Shown here: positions 37,935-51,115 of the stretch, piece after piece
How positions within the stretch are numbered: position 1 is the stretch's first letter
How the letters are laid out: every line of letters begins with the position of its first letter
NCBI GenBank assembly: GCA_052327205.1
Contig: CM126205.1
Location: forward strand, 243,412,001 to 243,476,000
Direction of reading: 5' to 3'
DNA length: 64,000 nt
DNA from: Somniosus microcephalus
Lineage: Eukaryota
Notes under the pieces: model-generated
Database searches by the model: none
The model's input: only the letters and a program-made list of their open reading frames with translations
Told to the model about the DNA's origin: nothing
Made by a program: the position numbers and the translations under genes

Positions 37935-38972
37935 CATTCAGATGCAGGGCTTTCCTCCACTCCAAAGTGGGACATGAGAAGAAGGATTAGGTATGAGCAT
38001 ACCGTCATCATCAGCAATCCTTTCAACTTCGCCACTCGCCACAGATTCAGTGACGGCCCCTCCAATAATTTCCAACACTGTTTCCTCCAGCTCTGTCAGG
38101 TTCTGCAGACGGGCTTCCCTTCCGCCCGTCTGCTGGTGCGCCCAGTGGTTATGAGCCACCTTTGTCTGCAAGAGAAAGGGAAGTGTGTCGGTGAGTGTGG
38201 TACAATGTGTTTGGGCGATGTGCCTGTAATGGTTGAATAGCTGGCATTGTGTGCAAGGTGTGAGATATGGGTGTGAGTCTTGCAGCAGTGGTAAGTGTGT
38301 GAGGGTGAAGTGAAGCTATGATTGTGAGGTATGAGTGGTGATAGGTAGAGATTGTTGGTAGGTGAGTGATGTGGGTGTGGTGCATTGAGCAGTGTGTGAG
38401 GCTAGTGGTGCAGATGGTGAGATATGGCATTTGAAGGTGCATTCACTCACTTTGACCACTCATGTGAGGTCATTAAACTTCTTGCAGCACTAGATCCAGG
38501 CAGGACCTGGGGACGACACTTGTCGCACTGACAGCTTGTGCTATTTCCTTCCTTAGCCTCCTGCTGTTTTGCCCCCCTGTGAGTAGAGGACCTGATGGTG
38601 TCTTTGAACCTCCAGGATCAAGGCCTCCAGTGCCGCATTGGAAAATCTCCTCGCCCTCACTCTTGGCTATTGGGCCATGGCTTTATCCACACTGACAATG
38701 AGGTGCTTCTGCAACAAAGCAGTTCCCCTTTAAGTAGTGCAGAGAGCCTGGGCCAAACTTTATTGCCCAGTAGACTGCACCTGATATTGGCCCCCCTGTT
38801 CAGCACTAAGCCAATCAGCAGCATGTTTAGCGCTGAGATCAGCGCTGCAATCAATATAACGAGCAAGCAGCACGGATTTTGCATGCTGCCTGCACCACTT
38901 TGAACAGGCACGGCCTCATCGCGCTTTGCGCTGTCCAGGCCCGTTTTCGGGCCTTATCTAATTTCTAGGCCC
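37935..38972 (-). mobile_element. Harbinger fragment (Myb/SANT-like gene and one terminus)
   Basis: KVAHN..QTGGREARLQNLTELEETVLEIIG; GT-AG intron at ~38167-38450; terminus aatttctaggccc. Confidence 0.7.
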
Positions 38973-39977
38973 GTAGCTACACCCCAGGAAGCAAGCATTC
39001 ATTTTTCAATTGGGTCTGGCTGATTTACACCAATAAAGTTGGAAAATTCAGGCTCTGTCTCCCAACATACAAACTGGGGTTGAGTACCCCCCTGCTTGTT
39101 GATATAATGGATTACCAAGGTATTGTCTGTCAACAGGAATTCATTCATTCTGCCTAGATGAATGGTGGAAAATGCTGCAATGTAAATTTACTGCCGGAGA
39201 TTCCCAGCAGAACGTCCAATTCCCCTACACTCAATTTTCTTAGAGATGATTATCCAGCCCAATAGAAATGCATCCATCACTACTCAGATTTGAGGGGAGA
39301 AGTGCCTGAAAGGGAACCTCTAGAAAGACATTGCTACCCTGAATCCACAACTGGAAAGCCAGCTTTGATACCCTGTCCACCTGAACCAGATAGGACAAGG
39401 GAGTCTACAGTCTGATCAAGTTAAATTGAGGGCCCTAATGAACCAATGCACCTTTGGAAGCACAGAGACAGTAGGGTAAATTTTAACATCCAATAACTAG
39501 TGAGTTGGGACCCTGGGGGAGGGGTGTTAAATTTTTTGATTTTTCAATCAGGAGCACAACCTGGCTCCAATGTGCCCACATCCGGGTTTAACAGAGGTGT
39601 GTTTGGATGCCGACGAGAAACCTACACGCCGAAGTCGGGGATGTAATTAATGCAGATGGGTGGGTACTTATTGGCGCAATTAACATCCTTGGGAAAAGTT
39701 AATGAGGTCTTTGCAAATTGTTTAAATTTCCCTCCAAATTTAACTTGAGGGGCTCGGGAAACTGACCAGGGAAACAGAGGCAAATTTGAGCAGCAGTTCA
39801 GGTGGGTATTTAAACTTGTCATTGTCCCATCTGAGTAAGACCACAGCTGGTGTCTTAGTTCCCTCTGGAAAAAGTTTAGCTGAGAGTACTTGTGTGGATA
39901 CAGCTTTTTTCAACCTTGGAGGCTTTCAAAGTGATAAAATCAGGATGGGAGGTGCATTGGATGTGCTGTCAAACCAT

Positions 39978-42651
39978 CACCAGGGAAAGCCAACTCCAAA
40001 GGTACCCTCCTCCTGACAAAATGCTTAGAACATGGCCTTGTCATAACCAACACCTTTTTCCGTCAGAGAGACAAGTACAAGGCTTCATGGCAACACCCTT
40101 GCTCCAAGCACTGGCATCTGCTAGACTACGTCCTCGTCTGAGCAAGGGACCGCAAGGACGTCCGCATCACCCACGCCATGACAGGAGCTGATGACTGCTG
40201 GACAGACCGCCGCCTAATCCGCTCTGTCATCTCCATCAATGTAGCCCCAAAACAGTGGCGGCAACAGAAACAATGCCACAGGAAAATCAACACTGGAACA
40301 CTCAAAGACCCTGCTAAGAAAGCCCTATTCAGCCTGCGCCTCACAACCAGCCTGACGACTCCCAGTGATGCAGAGACACAGAGCAGCGCCTGGTCTGCAC
40401 TCAAGGCCTCCATAATCAGCACCTGTGAAGAGATGCTCGGTCACTCGACCAGGAAACACCAAGACTGGTTCGATGAGAACGACCAGGAGATCCAGGAGCT
40501 AATAAGCCGCAAGCGCAAGGCATTACTGATCTGGAGGCAGCAATAGAACTTGAGAGCAAGAAAGCAGTTCTACAGATGCCTGAAGGCCGAGGTCCAACAA
40601 AAAACTCACGACATAAAGAACAGATGGTGGGTGGAGAAAGTGCAGGAGATCCAGCAGCTAGCCGACAACCACGACGTGCGTGGATTCTTTAGCGCAGTCA
40701 AGACCACCTACGGCCCAACCACCCAAGGTCCTACTCATCAAGGACAGAGAGGCAGTCAGTCCCCGCTGGAAGGAGCACTTCGAAGATCTCCTTAACCGAG
40801 ACTCTGTCTTTGACGCGAGTGTCCTCAACTCCATCCCGCAGCATGCTACCCGCCACCATCTCAGCACAACCCCAGCCCGGCATGAGGTTGAAAAGGCCAT
40901 CCGACAACTGAAGAACAACAAGGCCTCAGGAGCAGATGGAATCCCTGCTGAGGCACTAAAGCATGGCGGAGAAATACTATTGGCGCGATTACATGAACTA
41001 ATTTCTCTTATTTGGAAGGAGGAGAGCATGCCAGGAGATCTCAGAGATGATGTAATCGTGACCATTTTCAAGAAAGGTGACAAGTTCAATTGCAGTAATT
41101 GCAGAGGAGTCTCTCTGCTGTCTGCCACAGGGAAAGTCATCGCAAGAATCCTCTTCAATCACCTTCTCCCAATGGCTGAAGAGCTCCTCCCAGAGTCGCA
41201 ATGTGTATTCCGCCCATGAAGGGGCACAATGGGCATGATCTTTACCGCGCGTCAATTACAAGAGAAATGCAGGGAACAGCACCAACCGCTGTACATGGAC
41301 TTCTTTGACCTCACAAAGGCCTTCAACACTGTCAACCATGAGGGATTATGGAGTCCTCAAATTTGGCTGCCCTCAAGTTTTTCACCATCCTCCGACTGCT
41401 TCACAATGACATGCAAGCCGTGATCCTGAGCAATGGATCCACCACAGACCCAATTCACGTATGGACCAGAGTCAAGCAAGACTGTGTCATTGCACCAACG
41501 CTCTTCTCGATCTTCCTTGCTGCAATGCTCCATCTCACCCTCAGCAAGCTCCCCGCTGGAGTGGAGCTAATCTACAGAACAATCGGGAAACTGTTCAACC
41601 TCCATCGCCTCCAGTCCAGATCCAAGGCCGTCCCATCTTCTGTCATCGAATTACAGTATGCAGACGACACTTGTGTCTGCACACACTCGGAGGTCGAACT
41701 CCAAACCATCGTCAACACCTTCACCAAAGCATACGAGAGCATGGGCCTTACACTAAACATCCGTAAGACAAAGGTCCTCTACCAACCTGTCCCCGCCACA
41801 CAGTACTGCCCCCCAATTATCAAAATCCATGACAAGGCCTTGGACAACATGGACCACTTTCCATACCTCGGGAGCCTACTGTCAACAAGGGCAGATGTCG
41901 ATGACGAAGTCCAACATCGCCTTCAGTGTGTCAGTGCAGCCTTCGGTCGCCTGAGGAAGAGAGTGTTTGAAGATCAGGACCTCAAACCCGGCACTTAGCT
42001 CGTGGTCTGCAGAGCCGTAGTGATACCCGCCCTCCTGTATGCTTCAGGGACATGGACCATGTACAGCAGGCACCTCAAAGCACTGGAGAGGTACCACCAA
42101 TGCTGCCTCCACAAGATCCTGCAAATCCATTGGCAGGATATACGTACCAACATCAGAGTTCTCACTCAGGCCAACATCCCCAGCATCGAAGCGCTGACCA
42201 CGCTCGATCAGCTCCGATGGATGGGCCACATCGTCCACTTGCTCAATACAAGACTCCAAAAACAAGCGCTCTACTCGGAACTCCGACACGGCAAGAGAGC
42301 CCCAGATGGGCAGAGGAAACGCTTCAATGACACCTTCAAAACCTCCTTGAAAAAGTGTAACATCCCCACCGACACCTGGGAATCCCTGGCCCAAGACCGC
42401 ACAAAGTGGAGGAGAAGCATCCAGGAAGGCGCCGACCACCTCGAGTCTCTTCGCCGGGAGCAAGCGGAAGCCAAGCGCAGGCAGCGCAAGGAGCGCACGT
42501 CAACCCAAGCACCCCACCCACCGTCTGCCCCACCTGTGACAGAGACTGTAGGTCCCGCATTGGACTCATCAGTCACCTGAGAACTCATTTTTAATGTGGA
42601 AGCAAGTCATCCTCGGTTCCGAGGGACTGCCTAAGAAGAGAAGAAGAAGAA
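39978..42651 (+). mobile_element. RTE-clade LINE, 5'-truncated, nested in Harbinger
   Basis: HWHLLDYVLV (APE), KASGADGIPAE, LQYADD (RT), C-terminal zinc finger, (aag)n tail. Confidence 0.93.
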
Positions 42652-44953
42652 GCACAGGAGAGAGCTGCGCAGGAGAGAAATGCACAGGAGAGAGGTGCAC
42701 AGGAGAGAGGTGCACAGGAGAGAGGTGCACAGGAGAGAAGTGCACAGGAGAGAGGTGCACAGGAGAGAAGTGCACAGGAGAGAGGTGCACAGGAGAGAGG
42801 TGCACAGGAGGGAGGTGTACAGGAGAGAAGTGCACAGGAGAGAAATGCACAGGAGAGAAGTGCACAGGAGGGAGGTGCACAGCAGAGAGGTGCACAGGAG
42901 AGAGGTACACAGGAGAGAAGTGCACAGGAGAGAGGTGCACAGGAGAGAGGTGTACAGCAGAGAGGTGTACAGGAGAGAGGTGTACAGGAGAGAGGTGCAC
43001 AGGAGAGAGGTGTACAGGAGAGAGGTTCACAGGAGAGAGGTTCACAGGAGAGAGGTGTACAGGAGAGAGGTTCACAGGAGAGAGGTTCACAGGAGAGAGG
43101 TTCACAGGAGAGAGGTTCACAGGAGAGAGGTGCACAGGAGAGAGGTGCACAGGAGAGAGGTGCACAGCAGAGAGGTGTACAGGAGAGAGGTTCACAGGAG
43201 AGAGGTGTACAGGAGAGAGGTGCACAGGAGAGAGGTGCACAGGAGAGAGGTGCACAGGAGGGAGGTGTACAGGAGAGAAGTGCACAGGAGGGAGGTGCAC
43301 AGGAGAGAAATGCACAGGAGAGAAGTGCATAGGAGGGAGGTGCACAGCAGAGAGGTGCACAGGAGAGAGGTGCACAGGAGAGAAGTGCACAGGAGAGAAG
43401 TGCACAGGAGAGAGGTGCACAGGAGAGAGGTGCACAGGAGGGAGGTGTACAGGAGAGAAGTGCACAGGAGGGAGGTGCACAGGAGAGAAATGCACAGGAG
43501 AGAAGTGCACAGGAGGGAGGTGCACAGCAGAGAGGTGCACAGGAGAGAGGTGCACAGGAGAGAAGTGCACAGGAGAGAGGTGCACAGGAGAGAGGTGCAC
43601 AGAAATGAGGTGCACAGCAGAGAGGTGCACAGGAGAGAGGTGCACAGAAATGAGGTGCACAGGAGAGAGGTGCACAGGAGAGAGGTGCACAGAAATGAGG
43701 TGCACAGGAGAGAGGTGCACAGCAGAGAGGTGTACAGGAGAGAGGTGCACAGGAGAGAGGTGTACAGGAGAGAGGTTCACAGGAGAGAGGTGTACAGGAG
43801 AGAGGTTCACAGGAGAGAGGTGTACAGCAGAGAGGTGTACAGGAGAGAGGTGCACAGGAGAGAGGTGCACAGGAGAGAGGTGTACAGGAGAGAGGTGTAC
43901 AGGAGAGAGGTTCACAGGAGAGAGGTTCACAGGAGAGAGGTGCACAGGAGAGAGGTGTACAGGAGAGAGGTTCACAGGAGAGAGGTGCACAGGAGAGAGG
44001 TGCACAGGAGAGAGGTGCACAGGAGAGAGGTGCACAGGAGAGAGGTGCACAGCAGAGAGGTTCACAGGCGAGAGGTGCACAGCAGAGAGGTTCACAGGAG
44101 AGAGGTGCACAGGAGAGAGGTGCACAGCAGAGAGGTGTACAGGAGAGAGGTTCACAGGAGAGAGGTGTACAGGAGAGAGGTTCACAGGAGAGAGGTGCAC
44201 AGCAGAGAGGTGTACAGGAGAGAGGTGCACAGGAGAGAGGTGTACAGGAGAGAGGTTCCCAGGAGAGAGGTGCACAGGAGAGAGGTGTACAGGAGAGAGG
44301 TGTACAGGAGAGAGGTTCACAGGAGAGAGGTGCACAGCAGAGAGGTGTACAGGAGAGAGGTGCACAGGAGAGAGGTGTACAGGAGAGAGGTTCCCAGGAG
44401 AGAGGTGCACAGGAGAGAGGTGTACAGGAGAGAGGTGTACAGGAGAGAGGTGTACAGGAGAGAGGTTCACAGGAGAGAGGTGCACAGCAGAGAGGTGCAC
44501 AGGAGAGAGGTGCACAGGAGAGAGGTGTACAGGAGAGAGGTTCACAGGAGAGAGGTGCACAGGAGAGAGGTGTACAGGAGAGAGGTTCACAGGAGAGAGG
44601 TGTACAGGAGAGAGGTTCACAGGAGAGAGGTGTACAGGAGAGAGGTTCACAGGAGAGAGGTGTACAGGAGAGAGGTGCACAGGAGAGAGGTTCACAGGAG
44701 AGAGGTGTACAGGAGAGAGGTTCACAGGAGAGAGGTGCACAGGAGAGAGGTGCACAGGAGAGAAGTGCACAGGAGAGAAGTGCACAGCAGAGAGGTGTAC
44801 AGGAGAGAGGTGCACAGGAGAGAGGTTCACAGGAGAGAGGTGCACAGGAGAGAAGTGCACAGGAGAGAGGTGCACAGGAGAGAGGTGCACAGGAGAGAGG
44901 TTCACAGGAGAGAGGTTCACAGGAGAGAGGTGCACAGGAGAGAAGTGCACAGG
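42652..44953. repeat. 15-bp minisatellite, consensus GTGCACAGGAGAGAG, about 153 units
   Basis: Uninterrupted 15-bp period with variant units (GTGTAC, GTTCAC, AGCAG, AGAAG, AGAAATG). Confidence 0.98.
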
Positions 44954-47892
44954 CGAGGAGCCAAGGTCGCAGGAGGCACTATCCACGTCACAGGGTTTAC
45001 AAACAGATGCTCAGCTTCCTTGGCCTCTCGGAAGATCAATGCTTCCATAGGCTGAGGTTGTCACGTCAGGTGGTGGCAGACATCTGCAGCCTCCTCGAGG
45101 AAGACCTGCTCCCTGCAGGACCTGGTGGCCATGCATTACCAGTGGCTGTGAAGTGACAACCACCCTCAACTTTTTCACCTCCAGATCCTCCCAGAGTGCT
45201 ACTGGAGACATATCCAGGATCTCCCAGTCAGCTGCACATAAATGTACAAGGCAGGGCCGACAATTATGTAAATTTCCCCTGTGATGACAATAGCCAGAAT
45301 GAGCAGGCGCTCCAATTCACCTCTCTGGCTGGATTCCCACAATTGCAGGGGTGCCATCGACTGCACACACGTGGCAATCCGAGCACCACCGCAGCAACCA
45401 GGATGTTCGTCCACCAATGTGTAACTGCTGTACAACCAGAAGAAGAAGTTTATGCAGGTCTGCGCCAGGTTCCCTGGGCAACAGGTGAGAAGTGGGAATG
45501 CTTTGAGTGGAGTTCCCACTTCCATGTCCCCTTTCGCCATCATCTCTCTCCTGGGCCAGCACTACATCACTCCTAACACTCTGTTACACACAAGCTTGAT
45601 GAAGATCAGTGACGTGTTGTAAGGCCACGAATAAGGTATCTTCATCCTGTTTATGACGGCAGACAATTTGGCATCCAAACTCTTCACAGCCATGGCCATG
45701 GTCTGCATGAGCTCATTTGAGAGCCGTTCTTGAAGCTCCATGGAGGCGGCCATTCTCTCCATGGCAGACATTCTCGCAATTCCCTGCACCACCAATCCAC
45801 TAGTGATCGAGTTGGACTCCTCCATCCTCTCTGCTATTGTGGAGAGTGTGCATGGCACTCTGTCAGTACCTGGCTAAGTTGCTGATGCACCTCTTGCATT
45901 CTCTTTCTCCGCGATAACTCCAGGAGGTTCAGCATCTGTGTCCATCTGAGTAGAGTTTGGAGAGGGCTGTGCCCTCTGACATGGACTCTCCACAGCTGTC
46001 CCTGCCAACAGTGTCTGCTCATGTTCACTTGTGAGGTGTGAATCACCAGGTGAAAACCCAATTAACTGTCTAAGTGGACCCACCGAAGTGTGAATATCTG
46101 TGTTGGTGTATGGCTGTAGGTCCTGTGACAGTGCACCTTCAGAAGAAATGAAGTCCTCTGAGGAATCGTCCTCATGGATGTCCTGCGACACTCACTGCAT
46201 GCGTGAAGGCCCTGGAAAACAAAAGAAAGGGATATGATTTAGTCAAGGCAAAGACACAATCTTGACAATCACCGTACTCAGTCTTCTCATCATTCAGTCA
46301 TTAATGAAATAAAGTCAGCATATGTGTGTCAATGATATTTATAATTCTGTCACTAGCTATCTGCGAGCTCCCTGTCTCTTTATCTATGACAGAGAGGGGC
46401 ACAGATGTATCACTTATCTCCAGTGCGTCCTCCTCTGCATCAGTTAGCTGGACTATTTGTGGTGGGCCACGTTCAGTCCTCTCCCTCTCCCTTGTGTTTT
46501 ATGTTCTCTTCTACAAGGGGCAAAAAAACAGACCTGTGAGGGAGTGAAGGTGAGCTATTCACCCGATGGATGTAGTGCATTCAGTGAGGGTGACTTTGAG
46601 ACAGATGCATCACATTGCATAAGGATTGGGGTGAGTGGCAACAGTGGACAGGTGATGAAGTGCAGAGAAAGTGAAGGCTGAGTGCGAAAGTTGAGTGTGT
46701 GCAAGGAGTGATGTGATGGAGAACACTTAGCAAGACAGATTGGGGGGGGGCTTAAAGCACAGAATGTAGTGGAATCAGCAACTGGACTCAATACTGCCAA
46801 CCTCGCCTTCTTGGTGAGAGCCGCAGATTTCTTCCTCCCATTGCTGGGGAAAAGTATGTCCCTCCTGGTCCTGACTGCACCCAGCAGTAATTCCAGTGAT
46901 GTGTCATTGAATCTGGGTGCTACCCTTTTTCTATGTCCACCATCCATCCTGAGCACTTCCAATTTCCATGCGTGCACTGTCCCTTTAAATAGGGCTGAGA
47001 TCGCATCATGCGGGTGTGCATCATGCCCGCTGCACAGTTTGGAGAGGCGAAAACTGGAAGCCAAAATGAATTGGTACAATTCAGTTAAGATTGCAGGTTC
47101 CAACCCACTCAGTTGACTTCCAGGCTTCGTCCACGTAGTTTCCCCGCACCCACCCACCCCCCACCCCACCCCCAATTCGGAAGCCGCCTTCAGATTAATA
47201 TTGGGTAGCAACCATAGCAAACCTGGGCTGTTAGGTGCCTTCTCTAAAAGGGATATTAGGTCCTTGAGTACCACAAGTCTGACTGTACAAACCTGTGTCC
47301 CGAGAAATACAATGTTCTGCGAAGTATCCTGTTGCAATTTCTCTTAATTAGCTGAAAGTCTAACAGCTGGAATGCATGGATTACTTGCTGGACAAGCAGA
47401 GTCCCATCTGGAAACATGGATTAACCAGTCATCCAAGTACAAATATAGAGATGAATATGCTGCAGATATAAGTGCACAGCATATACTGAAAAGCATTTTG
47501 TAAAGACTCCAGAAGCTTGGGAAAAAACAAAATAAAGGTATCTGTTGTAGCAGAACCACTGAATGACTCTGGCTAACTGTATATAATTCTCTTTAACGAT
47601 GTTCTAACACCAGCCTAAACCTGTACCATTGTGTTAGGCATTACTGTGTTTTGTATATAGAGTTTGCATGTACGGGGTGTGGCCCCTTTAAGAGCGCGGG
47701 AAAATGCGGGCAAACGCGATGACGTCACGTCGCAAACCACGGGACTGCCCAGGCAGTCCTCGTGGCATCTCCTTTGAGTAAAGACCTGTTTGATTATTCT
47801 CTTGTGTCGATCTCCGTTATTCGTAGGAATTCGTTAATTCCTACATTGGTGACCCCGTTTTTGTGAACGTTTTCACAAAAGAAGAGCACAGC

Positions 47893-48522
47893 ATGGAAGC
47901 AAACGCCGTTTCGCTAAAGCTACCACAGTTCTGGGAGCAGCAAGCGCCCTCGTGGTTTATTCAGGTCGAGGCCCAGTTCACCCTGAGGAACATCGATGCG
48001 GATCAGACCAAGTATCTTTACGTGGTCTCCGCACTCGATAGCTCTACCGCCTCTCGGATCGTCAGCCGCCTCGAAAACCCCCCAACGGAGCGCAAGTATG
48101 AAACCCTCAAAGCGCGGTTACTGCAGGTTTTCGGGCTCACAAAATCGGAGCGCGCCCGTCGATTACTCGCTAAGCCCGGGCTCGGGGACTCCAAGCCTTC
48201 AGAGTTGATGAGCCAAATGATCACACTCCTGTGCTCAGAACGGGAATGTTTCCTATTCTGCGAGATTTTCCTCAGCCAACTGCCTGAACAGGTACAAGCT
48301 GCCCTGGCCAGATCTGAAACTGAAGACTGCGCAACACTCGCTGCAGAGGCTGACAACATTTTTGCTGTAACTCGGCAGTACTGCGCCGCCACGAGGCACC
48401 CACCCCCCGCAGACACCGCCCCAGCTCGTCCGCCTGCTGGGCTGTGTTTCTACCACGCACAGTTCAGCGCGAAAGTGAGGCGTTGCTGCCCTCGCTGTAG
48501 TTTTCCCCAAAGAAACCAATGA
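47893..48522 (+). CDS. Gag of the CsRn1-type element
   Basis: MEANAVSLKLPQFW..WFIQVEAQF..LGDSKPSELM..CFYHAQFSAKVRRCCPRC. Confidence 0.85.
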   Translation: MEANAVSLKLPQFWEQQAPSWFIQVEAQFTLRNIDADQTKYLYVVSALDSSTASRIVSRLENPPTERKYETLKARLLQVFGLTKSERARRLLAKPGLGDSKPSELMSQMITLLCSERECFLFCEIFLSQLPEQVQAALARSETEDCATLAAEADNIFAVTRQYCAATRHPPPADTAPARPPAGLCFYHAQFSAKVRRCCPRCSFPQRNQ

Positions 48523-48564
48523 CTGACACTGTGACCACCGAGGAACGGGTCTAACGGGCACCCC

Positions 48565-51115
48565 GTGGCCGCGATGGCGATCGGCAACGCGGGAAAATTG
48601 CTCTTCATCACTGATACTCTCTCCGGTCGTCGTTTTCTGTGCGACACCGGAGCGCAGTGCAGCATTTTACCTGCATCCGCCCTCGATGTGCAGACGGGGA
48701 ATCACGGCCCCGCCCTTGAAGCGGCCAATGGCGGAACAATTCGGACCTTCGGCAGACAGCGAGTGGAGTTGTGCCTCGGGGGGCAACGTTTTCACTGGGA
48801 GTTTGTTACTGCCAAAGTTTCCCAGCCCCTCCTCGGCGCGGATTTCCTGTGCGCCAACAGCCTCCTGGTCGACGTTAGGAACCGGCAGCTGATCAACGCA
48901 GCAACTTTTAATTCTCTCCGTGTTACCGCAGTAACACTACGTCACACACTGTCTCCTGTGTGTTCCCGACTCCTGATGAGTTCGCTCGCCTGCTCAGCAA
49001 ATTCCCCAACCTGACAAGACCCACATTCTCCTCCACAGCCACGAAACATGGTGTGGAACACCACATCACCACCAACGGCCCCCCGGTCTACGCGCGGGCC
49101 CGGCGCCTAGAACCTGGCAAGCTGGCGGTCGCAAAGGCGGAGTTCGCAACCATGGAACGGTTAGGGATTATTCGCCGGCCGAATAGTCCCTGGTCTTCAC
49201 CCCTCCATATCGTCCCGAAGCCTGGCGGCAGATGGCGGCCATGTGCCGACTATCGATGACTAAACGACGCCACCACTCCTGATCAGTACCCGATCCCCCA
49301 TATCCAGGATTTCTCTGCCCATCTGGCAGGGAACACCGTGTTCTCAAAAGTCGACCTCGTCCAGGGCTACCACCAGGTCCCAGTTCATCCACAAGATGTC
49401 CAGAAGACCGCAGTCATCACCCCATTCGGCCTCTTCGAGTTTTTACGGACGCCGTTTGGGTTAAAGAACGCCGGCCAGGCTTTCCAACGCCTGATGGACT
49501 CCGTGCTGCGGGGCCTCAAGTTCCTCTTCATCTACCTGGACGATATTCTAATTGCCAGTCCTACTAAGGAAGAACATACCTGTCACCTACGCACCCTTTT
49601 TCGCCGCCTCAGCCAACACGGCCTCATTATCAACCCAGCCAAGTGTCAGTTTGGCCTGCACCAAATTGACTTCCTGGGGCATCGCATCACCTCAGAAGGA
49701 GCGGTTCCTTTACCTTCGAAGGTAGAGGCGGTGACATCCTTTCCACACCCACAGAACATAAAGGCCCTGCAGGAATTCCTAGGCATGGTAAACCTTTACC
49801 ACCGTTTCGTGCCTAAGGCAGCACTACTCATGCAGCCCCTGTATGAGGCCCTCAAGGGCAAGACTGGCAAGAACCCGGTAGACTGGACGGATGACATGGC
49901 CCGAGCGTTCGCCGACACCAAAAGCGCCTTAGCCAACGCAACTATGCTGGCGCACCCGCTGCCAGGAGCTACCATCGCCCTCACCACCGACGCGTCGGAC
50001 TACGCAGTCGGTGCCGTGCAACAGCAGTGGGTGAATGGGACATGGCAGCCATTGGCATTCTTCAGCCGTCAACTATGGCAGAACGAGAGAGCATACAGCA
50101 CGTTCGACCGGGAGTTGCTAGCCCTTTTTCTGGCCATCTGCCATTTTCGGTTCCTTCTGGAAGGACGTCCTTTCACTGCTTTTGTGGACCATAAGCTGCT
50201 GACCTTTGCAATGTCCAAGACCGCCGAACTGTGGTCAGCCCGACAGCAGCGTCAACTGACCTACATATCCGAATTCAGCACGGATATACGGCACGTGGCC
50301 GGTAAGGACAACCTGGTGGCAGACTGCCTCTCCCGCGCGATCGTCAATACGGTTCATTTGGGCATCGACTACGCCCTCATGGCAGTGGACCAAGCCTCAG
50401 ACCCGGAAGTCCAAGCTTACCGAACGGCCATCACTGGCCTCCAGTTGGCCGACGTCAAGTTCCATTCGGCAGGTACCACGCTGTTGTGTGACGTCTCTGT
50501 ACAGGATCCTCACCCTGTCGTGCCGGTCATCTGGCGCCGCAAAGTGTTCGACGCCATACATGGGTTGTCACACCCTGGAATGAAGGCCTCTCAGAAACTG
50601 ATGTCAGCAAAATTTGTATGACATGGCATGCATAAAGACGTCCGCGACTGGGCCAACACCTGCGTGGTCTGCCAAAAGGCCAAGGTACAGCGCCACATCA
50701 AAGCTCCGTTGGCCGCCTTCACAGTTCCGGAGCGACGTTTTGACCACGTCAACGTGGACCTGGTAGGACCACTCCCACCCTCCCATGGTTTTTCACACAC
50801 CCTGACCATGGTTGACTGCACCACCAGATGGCCAGAGGCGGCCCCCCTGTCATCCACTACTTCGGCGGACGTGGCCAGGGCGTTCATTTCCTCCTGGATC
50901 GCCCGTTTCGGAGTACCCACCGATATTTCGTCAGACAGGGGACCGCAGTTTTCCTCCGAACTCTGGAATACAGTGGCCCAAGGACTCGGTGTCAAATTAC
51001 AGCGCACCACAGCCTACCACCCACAGGCGAATGGCCTCTGCGAACGCTTCCACCGGTCAATGAAGGCCGCCCTGAGAGCCAACCTCCAGGACACTGGATG
51101 GGCAGACAAGCTACC
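48565..51115 (+). pseudogene. pol (PR-RT-RH-IN) with a frameshift near 48950, stops at 49257 and 50619, and a 3' deletion
   Basis: ORFs 48565-49014, 48960-49259, 49338-50621 and 50628 onward; integrase runs straight into the LTR after WADKLP. Confidence 0.9.

Larger units (their letters stand above)
39475..47205. mobile_element. Harbinger (PIF/Harbinger) transposon, decayed: transposase on + (~44954-45485), Myb/SANT gene on - (~45545-46960)
   Basis: RRHYPRHRVY..LSEDQC..RLRLSR and GAIDCTHVAIRAP (HARBI1-like DDE); RVAPRFNDTSLELLLGAVRTRRDILF (Myb/SANT); flanked by TAG on both sides; TIRs imperfect. Confidence 0.8.

Noticed and set aside
42652-44953. CRISPR-like array
   Set aside because: Head-to-tail repeats with no unique spacers, no cas genes, eukaryotic context
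42569-45055. Three ~800-aa ORFs as real protein genes
   Set aside because: They are by-products of a stop-free 15-bp repeat, open in several frames on both strands, with no unique domain
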